A stretch of DNA of 64,000 nt, from assembly GCA_013239625.1 (NCBI GenBank), contig MU054117.1, forward strand, positions 3,896,677 through 3,960,676, in the 5' to 3' direction. Position numbers and translations under genes: made by a program. A model generated the notes under the pieces. The model was not told where the DNA came from, did no database searches, and saw nothing but the letters and a program-made list of their open reading frames with translations. The stretch's first letter is position 1. The number at the start of each line of letters is the position of its first letter. Source of the DNA: Lama guanicoe (Eukaryota). Positions 38,041 through 50,113 of this stretch are shown in pieces.

Positions 38041-39864
38041 ATTATGAATCCAAAAAAGCTTGGGTTTTCCCTTGAACTCCACCCACTGGGAGCGAGTTCT
38101 CCTCCCCATCCCAGCTGAGCTGGGCCGCCACCAGTATTCTCAGGGCAGGGTCAACACGGTCACAGGGATCCACCATCAGATTCACCGTAGGGCCACACAG
38201 CTCTCAGCTCCGGAAGAGAAATGAGACCAGCAGATAATTTCACTCTGCTTTACCAAAACATTCCAGGTGTTTTCATAGCTGGAAGCAAATGCATTTGAAA
38301 TATCTGGCTGACTTCTCACCTAAAAATTTGATTTGCAAAGGATGTAAAAGACCACCAAGATGGATGTGATGGGGTGACCCCAGTGCTTCCTACATGACCC
38401 CAAAGGGGTTGGTGGTCCTCTTGGTTGCTAGGAGTCCGTAACCAGTTGCCTTGATTTGGCACCTTCATGAAGCTATCTTGGCAGACAGTGGGAGACATGG
38501 GGGCCCTTCCTTCCAACATTAATGTAAATCTTGATATGCTTCCTGACTTCCTGCTGAGGGCACCTAATTCCTAGTCAAGGTCTAGATGCCGGAACTGGGA
38601 CTAGTCACTGCCACGAGCAGAGCTGAGATGCTTGCTGCAACCGTAACGAGAAAAGAGCAATCCAGAGGGGCCAGGTCTCCACCGCCCCCTTCACACACCT
38701 GTCACCTGACCTCAACACTCACCGGCGCCTTGCGATGAAGAACGAAGAATTAAAGAGGCAGCAGCTCCCAGAAGGCTAGAGCCAGAGATGGTACCCAGAT
38801 CCCACCTGAACCATCTCTTTTATTATAAGACCTTAAAATCTGACTTATTGCATTGAGTTTTGGGTGAATGCCAAAATATACTGGACATAATTTTTATCCT
38901 CAAGGGGCTACTGTACTGTTGCAAAGATAAAAATTTCAAATAAAGTGAGACAGACATTAGTAACACGGGAGTCGTGAAAACATACAGGAGTGGTGAGAGT
39001 GTATTAGGAGCTCAGGGAGTCCTTGTGTTAGGGCGGTTTTTGTGGAAGAGCAGAGCCCGAGCAGGATGAAAGGGGAGGGGGTGGCAAAGACGGTCTCCAG
39101 CCAAGCTCACTTCCCCGTGCCCAGTGTGCTGAGCCCGTGGCCGTCTGCCTTACACTGCAGCCTCTCCTGACGCCCTCTTTCCTTCCTTGCCACCTTCCCC
39201 CTCTTCTTTCTCTTCTTATCTTCCTACCGTGTGAGTTATCTTTTTCGTGCTTGCACACTTCAGCTCGAGTCCAAACTGGTCCTTATAGCCTTTCCCCACA
39301 ATTCCAGTCTGTGCCAAATTTTCCTTCACTGATTTCTTGTAATAGGTAGGTCCGTACCACACCTCGAGGAAATCAATTACATGCTGTCTTACGTTGTTTG
39401 CTCCTTATGGGCAGAGTTGTGCACAGCATTTCCCTTCCACAGCTAGATGCAGATCGGATGCCCAGGAGGGGTGTTTGACCGTCTCACCATCCAGGGTCGC
39501 TGGGTGTCCGGTCTCATTGGAGGTTCCACAGCGGGAGAAGCTGCACAGACCATTCAGAAATTTGATGACCTAGAGAGTAGTTTTCATGCCCTGCAAGAAT
39601 GCTGTTTTAGTTAAAATAATTGCCCGTGTATATTTCATAAAACCCTTCATGTCCTTATAAATAGTATTAGCCCTCAGATCTTTCTGCTTAACAAATTAGG
39701 GATTCCCTTGCCCATTCTTTATGGCCCCGGGGCAGCTTAACACTTCAGCATTTCTTCAATGACTGTTGTATAGTTTCAAGAAATTGGCTAAACCAATGTT
39801 GGCCTCAGTTTCCTCTTTTGTTCAGATCAATAACATAATTGCAGTTTTGATCCATGAGTGGTCT

Positions 39865-40430
39865 CCGCTTTCCCCATTCCACCCAGCTTTAGAAAACCAC
39901 TAATCTACCTTCTGTCTCTGGATCTGCCTATTCTGGACATTTCATATAAATGGAATTATTTATACAAGGTAGGGTCTTTTGTGACAGACTTTCTTCACTA
40001 AGATGAATGCTTTCAAATTCATCTATGGTGTAGGATGTGGTAGGACAGCATTCCACTTTTTGACCAAATAATAATCTGTCGCATGGACATATAATGCTTA
40101 TTTTTACCCATTCATCAGCTGACGGACCTTTAAGTTGTCTCCACTTTTTGGTTATTCCACATGCCAAACATCATGCACCATTTGCAACACTTCGAGCAGT
40201 GTGTGTGGGTTCCAGTGCCTCCACGTCCTCACCAATGCTCGCTTCCTCTGCCTTTTCGATGACAGCCGTCCTGTGTGTGAAGTGTTTCTCCGTGGCTTCG
40301 AGTTACATTTCCCTACTGGCTAACGATGTTGAGCGTCTTCTCACGTGGTATTGGCCATTTGTGTATCTTTTTGGAGAAATGTTTAATCAGATCCTGTGTC
40401 CGTTTTCTGGCTGAGTTCTTTGTCTTTCCA
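39865..40430 (-). mobile_element. L1M (L1MB-like) 3' end, antisense, with internal deletion
   Basis: 'aaccactaatctaccttctgtctctggatctgcctattctggacatttcatataaatggaat', 'ccattcatcagctgacggac', 'ttggccatttgtgtatctttttggagaaatgt'. Confidence 0.88.
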
Positions 40431-42389
40431 TTCCCCCGCCCCAGTGCTTTTGATATCAAACTCAGTTGACGAAACTCTTTACAGGAATGGGTCCACTGTG
40501 AGAACACCGGACTCAGATCCAAGCCTGTCTGGATTGTGAAAAGGATGATTGTTGGGTAAACTGTAACCCTGCCTGGAGATGGGGGAATAGACTGTAGGTA
40601 ACTTAATCGTCTTTTCAGTGCAGGAAGATAATGAGATAAGGTTGCTTGCCTTCAGAGACAGGTAAGTGTTTATAGAGAGGAGAGGGAGTAGGCACAAGAG
40701 CAAAGGCAGACCAAGGAGGACAAGGGCCCCTGCGTGCTGTAACCCAGCCCCCCCGGCCTCCGACACAGACCCAGTGTCTTAGACGACAGCCTTGTGCTCC
40801 GAAGTCCCGCCTGCGGGATGCAGGCTTGAGAAGGAGTCAGTCCTCCTCCACAGCAGGGTCCGCCTCTGTACCGCCTTGCTGAATGAGCCACACCGCTTCC
40901 TCTTCATGGCCCTCAGATTGTTGATTCTAAGATCACCTCCAGTGCCAAGGGTCTACAAGCCAGAGCAAGAGTATCTTCTCTCGTTTGGCTCTGAAAGCAG
41001 GACACGGGAGCACCCTGAAAACTCCTTTTCTAGAACTCTTGAAGAAAGTTGGGGGATCTAGCCTCCCGACATGGCTGAACCTCAGCTAGCCCAGGAGAGA
41101 ACCAATTCAGGTCAAGTTCTAGACTTGGAATGCAAGGCCTTCACCAGGTTACCAGGAAAGCCTGCTCTCTGGCCCCAGGAAAGTTTCCACGCTAAATGAG
41201 TTGCATGTTTTAGAGTTTCCAGTGTGTAAGCACATTCTGCTTCCTATTATACACTGACCAACATGGAGCTAAGGATGCCAGAATGGGAAGAGGAGGAAGC
41301 TGGGTGAACCAGGAAAATAACTTGGCAACTGTAAAACTGCCGAGAGATTGAGACAGTCATCTCTGAGCTGGTGTCCTTGGTGCAGGAGGAGAAAGCAATT
41401 CATGACACGTAAATGAGTCCTGACCAGGTCTGATGCCGCGCAGCCACAAGCCCTATCCCCTGAGTACGGCGTTTGAAGTGGGCTTCCTGTGGGAAATCTT
41501 TCCTTGTGGTTTTGCCGGCAATTAAAGCATTAGAGAAAGGAATAGAATCCAAGGCTCAGGCATGTGCACCCCAGGCAGCGAGGCTGAAGGGCAGCTTTGG
41601 AGCTGAAGAGGAGGAAGAAAGATTGCCTGGAGCCTGAATCAAGATGTGCCTCCGTGTCATAAAGGCTGTGCCTGAAGCTGGCCAGGCAGGGAGCTCAGAA
41701 GGAATCTGCTCGGCTTCCGGATCATGTCAAAGACCAAAAGGAGGATGAAGTCAGACCTCGGCTGTGTATGCAGCCAGGCCCAGAGAGTAATGGGTTTAGC
41801 AACAAACACAGAAGGTTGTAAATTGTCAATGGAATGTCAGTGATGGTCAGCCAGATCAATCCCTCCTTGTAAAGGTAATGATTCTTTGGTCCCCAAATAA
41901 ACCATTTAGAGAATTTTGCATGTTGAGGTCTCCCAGAAAGGACAGGTAAAACTTGCCTTTTGAGCTTATGGGAGGTGGGGGGGAGCAGCAGAAAGCGGGG
42001 AGGTTCTGAATGACAAGGGGGTTGGAATGGCATACGGAGTGGTAACCAACGCACCCAGTCTGGCCACAGAGGAGCTATGTGACCTTCCCCTCTGTCTCCT
42101 GATCTTTCAAAGGAAGAAGCAGAATTGAAGGATTTCAAGGTCCCCTCCAGCAGTGCCCTTCTAGGATGAGTTTCTGAAATCACCCTTTCCCCCCACTGCT
42201 GGGCACAGAGGAAGGGAAACGTAAATGGCCACGGGAAAGGCTAAAGTTAAGCTAAAGGAAGATCTTTCCAACCTCGGGGGTCACAAAGGGTAGCAGGACA
42301 AAGGCAGGGTTCAGAAGAGAGCGTAGGATCTGTTTCCCTGACAGTTTAAAGAATACAATCTTTTCACCTAAGGCGGAATGCACTTGAGG

Positions 42390-42770
42390 GGGCTGACGAT
42401 GCCCTGGAGAACCATCTTCTCCAAGTCAGAACTCAGGCTGCTTTTCTACTAAAAAGGGGGGGGGTGTGGTTAGTTGGGGCAGAGTTCTGGGTGCTGTCCA
42501 CACAGATCAGGTCGTGCTGTCCCTGTAAACCTCCAACAAGATACATATTATCCTCTGTTCCGCAACTTTTTAATCTCTTTATGAATGGAAAAGTGTTACC
42601 CCTTAAAGGTCAGAGCCTTGGGGATGGGCTAGCCTGTCTATTTCAAGCTGTGGGTAACATTGTTTTACAGAAGGTGCAGGACCAGCACGACTAAGCCCAG
42701 GAAACAGGGCACAGGGTTAGAGCCAAAGGAACAGGTCTGACGTGGAGTCAGTCTGCTCTTCCCCGTGGCA
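42390..42770 (-). mobile_element. ERV1-class LTR fragment (cetartiodactyl type, 3' part missing)
   Basis: Minus strand starts TG(ccacggggaagagcagactgactcc), passes a decayed TATA region 'ctttttagtagaaaagcagcctgagttctgacttgg' then 'aagatggttct'; family identity from memory only. Confidence 0.6.
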
Positions 42771-43199
42771 CCGTTGCCTCGTGCTGCTGGCCTCTGGCCT
42801 CTGCCGCTCCCCCCGGCACCCCCCGACAGGGCCCCGCGCTCTGGCTTGTTCATGCACTCATTCTCCCAACAAACACTGAGTCAGCACCAACATGTCTCCA
42901 GGCACCATGGGGCTTTCCTTGCCGACTGCACTCTCTCTGAGGGCGAAATACCAATTCTGTTAAGGTCAGAGCAGGGAGTGTGCGCTAGAGAAACACAACG
43001 AAAAGCAGAGTGAAGCGGGGGCCCCTGGTACACGCCTTCAGTTCATGCGTCCCTTGGCCTCAGCTTTCAGCTCGCGTAACCGAGCAGGACCCCAGGGGGC
43101 CTTCCCAGGACACAGCCCTGCCCCATAATCTCTGCTGCGGCTCCTCTCTGATAATAATATCTCACGCATATTTCCTGAGTTTTTCAGATGCTAAAAACC

Positions 43200-44330
43200 A
43201 CCAACAAAAGGAAGAAAGGAACTACTTGATGACGGAGAGCAAGCGGCCCCCAGACCTTCCGGCGCCTCGGGGCTGATAGCGCCGACCGCCAGTCAGGGGG
43301 CTGTGCACGAGCTGACCCTGCTCCCTGTGGCCGCCCCTCCCTGGCCTTTAACTGCGCTTTGCTGGAATCCTTCGGGGAGTTCACGTTTTCTTGGGCGTGA
43401 GCCACCCCGGCCTCCTTGCTCGGCCCTGCGTGAAACCCTCCCCTCCGCCCCAGACGCCGACGTTTCAGTTTGTTTGGCCGCAAGGTGCGTGGGGCACACG
43501 AACTGGCCTTAGTAACACCTGGAGAATGTTCTCGGAGGAGGAGGCGCTGCACCCGCTTCTAGTTTCGGTTTCACCGCAGAGCCCTTCTGCTGGAACCCAG
43601 CTTTCCACTTTATAAAAGGCGGCATTCACTCCCGACTTCACAGAGTCCAAGGATGCGGACGCTGAGGCCGTTGAAAAGGGGCGAAAGCGCAGCCGGCCAT
43701 CTGCTAATCCACGCAGGGCCGCGGACGCTGAGGGAGGGCAGGGCCCTTCCGTAGGTGGGAAGGCGAGGCGAGCACACAGGCAGCGGCAGCGGATTCCAGC
43801 CCGGGGGCCTGAAAGGCCGGGGCTGCAAAACCGCGCGGAAGGAGTTGAGAGGAAGGAAGTCACTGCGGTCTGCTGTGATCAGAAACATGTTCCTAAAACC
43901 TGGGGCTTGAGGTTGGGCAGGAGTTTTCCAAATAGAGCCAAGAAGGTGAACGGATGCGAATGAGACAGGCCGAGGAGACAGCCGCGGCCAGCTCCAGGGA
44001 CCAGAGCGGGAACCAGGAGGCGCGCAGCAAGGAGGGCCTGGGGAAGGGCAGCGGGGCCGGGATTCCGACTTGCGGCATGCAGGCGGTTCCGGGAGGCCCG
44101 GGGACATTCTAGGCGCCGTATCGGAGGTTTCTCTCAGGCGACAACGGGGCTTGCTGCTCCTTCGTCGTCCGCTCCGCCGAGGGCTTGTGCCCCCGCGCCC
44201 CCCGCGGGAGGCAGCCGCCGCAGTCCCGCCGGACCGACCGCGCAGTCTCCGCTGCGCAGTCGCCAAGCGCCGAGTCGGAATTTCACAGAGGCGGGGGCCT
44301 TATCTGCTCCGTTCATCCCCTCCCACCTGA
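43200..44330. promoter_or_regulatory. CpG island with ISRE, TATA box, GC boxes and ETS site; candidate plus-strand promoter
   Basis: About 1.1 kb of dense CpG; ctccgccc 43443-43450; AGTTTCGGTTTC 43561-43572; TATAAAAG 43611-43618; ggaaggaagt 43851-43860. Confidence 0.75.
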
Positions 44331-45639
44331 CACGGTGCTTATTACATGAGAGGCAGTAAATTCTTAGTCAGTTAATGAAAAGCAAATAGGAGAATCAGTT
44401 GCGTCATCTAATTGGAGCCTCCTAATCACCGTCTGGGGCAGGGGGACCCAATGTTCTTTTCCTGACTCCACAGAGAAGTGTAGCCCAGAGCAGGATGTGG
44501 TTTGCCCAAGTTGCCTTAAATACTGTGGTACAGACTTTGTGCTAAAACTTGCCCTGACCTGGGAAGCTGAATACTGGGTACTGGTGAGCTATGAGCTTGG
44601 CTCTGCCCACTACAGGTGTCTGGGCCTTCTTGCCTGTTAAATAGGCCTGGAACTAAATGTTACTGATTCCAAGATACACACACACCTATTTACTTAATCA
44701 TATTTTTATGTCTCTGAAGTTGGAATATGTTTTATAATCAATGTTGTGCCATATTTTAATATGCAACAGTTTTTCTTGCTTACTTTCCATTAAATATGGT
44801 AACCTCTGTCCAGTCTGCCTGCTGAGATGCGAATGTGACAGTACTTTGTAACCTGGGAGGTGCTGGACGAGTAAGTAACGGCTGGTAAAACGGAGGCTGC
44901 CGCTGGCCTCCCTCAATTCCTGCTCCCCTGCTTCCTAATCGCTCTGGGGAAGCCAGCCCCCAAGTGGGTTCTACTCAGAGTCCCTGAGAAGGCTCTGCAA
45001 GAGAGGGGATTAAGTGGCATTAACCCAACAAGCAAATGCTGGCATCTCTGGGACACCTGGTACAAATCTTCACTATTGATTAAAGGAATTAGTGGTCTGA
45101 GCATCTATGAATAGACAAAAAAAAAAACAAAAAAGGAAATGCAATCCTTTTCCACAAGCCCAAACACAGACCCGGCATTGATTTCTTTTTTTTTTTTTTT
45201 CCTGTTTGTGCATACCTGTGGTTCCAGAGGGCTGAATTCCCAGAAGGAGCCCCGTTGACACAGGGACCTTGCTGTAGCAGAAGACCTGCTCCCCTTGCTG
45301 TAGCAGAACTTCCCTTCCCCCCGCCCCCGGCCCCTCCACACCCTCCTTTGTCTGCAGCAGCCACTGGTGGTGCAGGCAATGCACAGGGGCAGTTAGAGGG
45401 CTGGCAGTGTCCCCTCTGAGTCTGCAGTGGGCGCACGGAACAGCTTACATCATCTTCATTTGGCCTCCATCACCCACACTTGTCAAGAACAAAGAAAATT
45501 TTGAATGTTGGCATTTGAAGAGGGGACAGGGGCACATGGAAGGAGTGGCAGAGCTGAGACTAGGGTGAGTTAAGTGAGACGATTTGGGAGCAAATTTAAG
45601 GAGGAACACTCTCTCACTGTAGAGCCTGTGAGTAGCCAA

Positions 45640-46790
45640 CTATAAAGGCATTTTTTCTTTGTGACTTTGTTTCTCTTATCCGATTTAAAAGGCAACCATG
45701 AAAACATTGGATGTTAGTCTGTGTTGATGGACACACGCTGCGTAAAGACGCCTTGGTGACGTCAACAGCAGAAGGAGAGAATGGAACTATAAAATTAGGT
45801 TGATATTAATATAGTCTAGATTTTTATAAACTAAGATGTTAATTATAATCCACAGAGCAACCACTAGTAACTCAAAAATATAGACTAAGAGAGACAAGAG
45901 AATTAAAATGGTACAATAGATAATATGGCACAATAAAAATAAAATGGTAGAACAGACAATATTTAACACAAGAGAAGCTGTAGTGGAAGAATACAGAAAC
46001 AAAATACGTAAGGCATACAGAACACAAATAGTTACAGTGACAAATACAAATCCTGCCGTAGTGGTAGTTAAGGTGCAAGGTTGGTTTAACATATGAAAAT
46101 CTATTGATACAAGATACATTAATAAAGGACAGAACCACATGATCATCTCGAAAGATGCATAAAGAACATTTGAAAAAAAATCCATTAATCTTACATGATG
46201 AAACACTCAGTAAATTAGGAGTAGGAGGGAACGTCCTCGACATGATAAAAGGCACCTGTGAAAAGCCCACAGCTAACGTCACACTTAACAGTAGAGGATA
46301 AAATATTTCTCCTAAGACCTGGAACAAGACAAAGATTCTTATTCTCACTGATTCTATTCAATGTGGTGCTGGAGGGTCTAGTCAGAGAAGGTAGACCAGC
46401 AAGATAAACACAAGGCATCCAAGTTGGAAGAAGCAAAATGATCTCTGCTTGCACATTGTATGGTCTTGTGTGCAGAAGCAGCCCGAGGAAGCCACAGGAA
46501 ACTGAGAACTATTAAACCAGCTCAGCAAGGTTTCGGGATACAATTCAGTGTACGAAAACCAATTGGATTCCTATACATTGGCAAAGAATGATCAAAACAA
46601 TGAAATTAAGGGAACAATTCCATTTATAACAGTACCGAATATAATTAAATACCTAGGGAAAAATTTAACAAAACATGAGGTTCTGAAAATGTACTGGAAT
46701 TGGATAGTGGTGATTCTTGCACAACTCTGGGAACACTAAAACCCTCTTAATTGTACAAATTTACCCTTAAAATATCCAAAGTGTTTAACA
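45640..46790 (+). mobile_element. Internally deleted L1M (inter-ORF region, RT segment and 3' terminal fragment)
   Basis: 'ataatccacagagcaaccactag', 'aaggttggtttaacatatgaaaatc...gaaccacatgatcatctc', 'gaaaagcccacagctaac', 'ggaacaagacaaag', then 'ggatagtggtgattcttgcacaactctg'. Confidence 0.85.
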
Positions 46791-46834
46791 CAACTTCCTT
46801 CTATTTTGAAAAAAAAAATGTTATACCAATGAAG

Positions 46835-47300
46835 TAGGTCTCCTTTGGTTGCAAGTAAAAGAAAGTCCATTAGCTTGCTTTACCAATAAAAGGTAGATGA
46901 TTTGTAGGCTCACATAACAACAGGCTAGTGCTTCAAGAGTGAGCCCCTGATCCCGAGGGCTCAACTGATTTTGGCAGGTCTTGTTCTGCTCCCACTGCGT
47001 TGGCTTTGTTCTTCAGTCTTGGCAGCAACAGTCTCCAATTATCTGACTTTCCAAGTCTCCAGGGGAAACTTCCCTGCCTCTCTCAAAAATCCTAGCAAAA
47101 ACCTCATTTGCTCGTTGGGTCATATGTTCATCTCTGCACCAATCACTCTGGCCAATGAAATACATGATTGGCCAGGCCTGGGTCACGTGTAGCCTTGTAG
47201 CCAGGAGGAGGCTTCACTAGAAGTTTCATGATGGAGAGAGAAAATTCTCAGTGCTGTTACCAAAGGAAGAAAACAGGTGACATGGACACTGAGGCGCCAT
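46835..47300 (-). mobile_element. Old MaLR LTR (MLT1J/K-like)
   Basis: 'ttggttgcaagtaaaagaaag...gctcacataac', 'tgggtcatatgttcatctctgcaccaatcactctggcc...tgattggccaggcctgggtcacgtg'. Confidence 0.65.
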
Positions 47301-47496
47301 ATGACAAGTATTAATATGAACAGTTTTTTTTTTAGTTACCAAAATAGGAAATTAATCTAAAACACATAGCTTTGCTCAATCTTGGCTCTTTATCCTTTGA
47401 ATCCTATTCGAGTTACAATTTTAATTCAGTGCTTATGTTGATTTTTCAAAATATAGAGATTAATTTTCCACCATCACATCCTCTTAGCCCACCCTC

Positions 47497-47935
47497 TGTG
47501 CAATGGATTGAATGATGGCCCCCCAAAACAGTATGTCCACATCCTGATACCTGGATCCTGTGAATTTTACTTTGCATGGAAAAAGTGTCTTTGCAGATAC
47601 AATTAAGAGTCCTGAGGTGAAATCATCTAGCGTTACCCAGGTGGGCCCTAAATCCAGTGACAAATGTCTTTAGAAGAGGCAGAAGAGGAGCAGACATGGA
47701 GGAGAGTGTTCTGTGAAGATGGAGGCAGAGGTTGAAACAATGCAGCCACGATGAACGCCCACGGCCACACAAAGTGGAAAGAGGTCAGGAACAGAGTCTG
47801 CCCTACGGCTTCCTCGCTGACACCGTGACCTCAGACTTCCGCACTCCAGCACTGCGCAAGAGTACATTTCTGTGGTTTTAAGGCACCATCATGTGTATGG
47901 GCAGCTTGTTACGGCAGCCCAAGAGAACGAACACG
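47497..47935 (+). mobile_element. MaLR solo LTR (MLT1C/D-like)
   Basis: 'gaatgatggccccccaaaacagtatgtccacatcctgatacctgg...gtctttgcagatacaattaag...gggccctaaatccagtgacaaatgtc...gtgaagatggaggcagagg...catttctgtggttttaagg...ttgttacggcagccc'. Confidence 0.88.
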
Positions 47936-49869
47936 CTCTAAGACAGATGGCCGACTCTGAAAGGATCACTACAGTGCTTGGCATTAAACTTTTGTAAAAA
48001 TATTGGGTAGTTGAGTCTGTATCTTCTGAAGGAAGTTTAATCAGAAGATTTTATGCACGACCTTAATTCAGTCTTTTCTTTTTTTAACACCAAAGCCTCA
48101 GAGAAACAAGTCTGCCTCGGAACAAAGAAAAGAAAGCAGTGACTTAGCTTTCGAGCCAGCATCATCACCCAGTGACCTCCACCACCCCTCTCCTCCCGAC
48201 CTGAGTGCCCAGCCATCTCCATCCTCAGCAGGTCGCCATTTCTTAGCACACCTAGCGTCTTTAGAAATCACTGGAGGACTGAAAAAGCATGATGTCTCTA
48301 CAAAGCCAGATTCTGGTAACCCAAGTTCAGAGACTCAAGGGTCCTGCTGGGGGGAAGGGCAGCCCAAAGCTCCGGCTTGTCCCGGGGGAGGTTGGGGAGA
48401 CTGTGCCAAGACCCTCTTACTCTGAGACTCTCCCCTGCAGCTAATCCCTGCTCTGCAGTCAAACTTGTGGATTCCATCGGAGGACACCCTCCCATCCAGT
48501 CACAAGGCAACAAAACCATGTGATCTCAACCCGTCACTGCTGAAGGGACACCATGTGCAGTTCCTGAACATGCTCCCCAGAATCATCTCCAGGGTTCTGT
48601 GGTCACATGCCCGCAAGTGGCAGAGCTGAGATTTAACTAGGATCCCTTTGACTCAGTGAGATGTCTTTCAAGCAGCTGAAAAAAAAAAACAAAAACAAAA
48701 AACATGTAACAAGGAAGCATATGAAATAGCCAAGGATCCTTCTAGGATAGCTTAAAGAGCTGGGAGGAGATCTGTAAGAAAGGGCAGCCCTGCTGGCGGG
48801 AGAACCTCAGGGTTCGGGGCTTGTTCTGCCAGGCTGAGTGACCACTGCCACGTCAGCATCACATTCTGAGCACTCTTCTTAGGTAACCAACCCAGTGGGA
48901 AGTGCGGCACAATTGCCAAGATTACCAAAATGATTTTGGTGAAAGAAGGTGAAAGGTAACTGACTGAACATGAGACGTTTCAGTGATGATCAGGAAAAAC
49001 AGGAAGACCCAGAACGTGGATGAGGCTCCCCACCTGAGAGGTGCTCCCTGCTCCTCCCCCTCCCTGCCCATCTGCACACAAAGGCACCTGCAAAAGAGAT
49101 TAGCTAGATGGCCGGGCTCAGAGCTCACGGAGGGCCGGGCAGAATTGTTGCCATTACTTGCAAACCTGTTCTCTGAAGCAGGATAATTATCACGAGCCAG
49201 AATAAATCCTTCCCGTGACAATGAGTAATTCTTATGGTCTCTCTGCAGCCATCTAACTAATTGCACAACCCACATTTTACAATTTCCCTCCCGCATGAGT
49301 GCTAGAGTGGTAGTTAGCCTCTTCTCCCTCGAATCTATTCAAAAACCTTAGAAGGGGAAAACACCCATGGCTGGAGGCTATGCCGCTCAGCCACCCCCTG
49401 ACCCCTTTCTCGTGTTGTTTCCCGGTCCTGTGTGGTTCAATCAGCCAGTGGAGGTTGGGAGGATGCACGTTCTCCGAAATGGTTAGGACCTAATGGAGGC
49501 CCATTGAGCCCTCCCCACCCCCATCCCTGCCGTTGCTTTTTTACAAATGTATTTCATCAAACTTTTCTAAGTGGGCTAGCTTTGAAAGAGATAGAAACTC
49601 ACAGACGTGGAAGTGGGAGGGGAAGACGGAGTCCTAAACAAACAGGCACCTGCGGGTGAGATGAGGATAACTTAGCTAGACCGCGGGGCTCAGTGGGGAC
49701 TTGAAAAGGATGTCCTTACTCTCCCGGTGGTCAAGGGAGGTGACGTTTGAAGTGAGTCATGAAACTGAGTAGAAATTCACCGAGGAGAAAGTCCAGCGGA
49801 ACAGCACACGCCGTGACGTGCAACAGCTGTATGAGCTGCGGGGCCTGCAGATACCGCAAACGCTCCTGC

Positions 49870-50113
49870 TAGCTGGCAGCTGCAATCCGAGGCTGGCGAC
49901 AGACACAGAAGTTTGACAAACATCAATGAAAGCACTGTATGATAATCAACCGGTTACGCAGAACTTAAAGAGTATCATATATTTTATTATCACTTGTAAA
50001 TTCATTACACATTTTTTGTATCAGTGAAATTTATGGTAAACTCATGTATGTATATAAATGTGCTTTTTCTCCCCCGGAGAGCCTGCTGTTAAACGCCTAC
50101 CAGCACATCGCTG
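49870..50113. mobile_element. hAT-Blackjack (MER63-like) DNA transposon end
   Basis: Terminus 'gagagcctgctgttaaacgcctaccagcacatcgctg' resembles remembered MER63 'agagccggttgttaaacatttaccagcacaccactg'. Confidence 0.6.

Noticed and set aside
43465..44330. ORFs of 132-218 aa over the second CpG island
   Set aside because: Same GC-content artefact; no protein family similarity recognised
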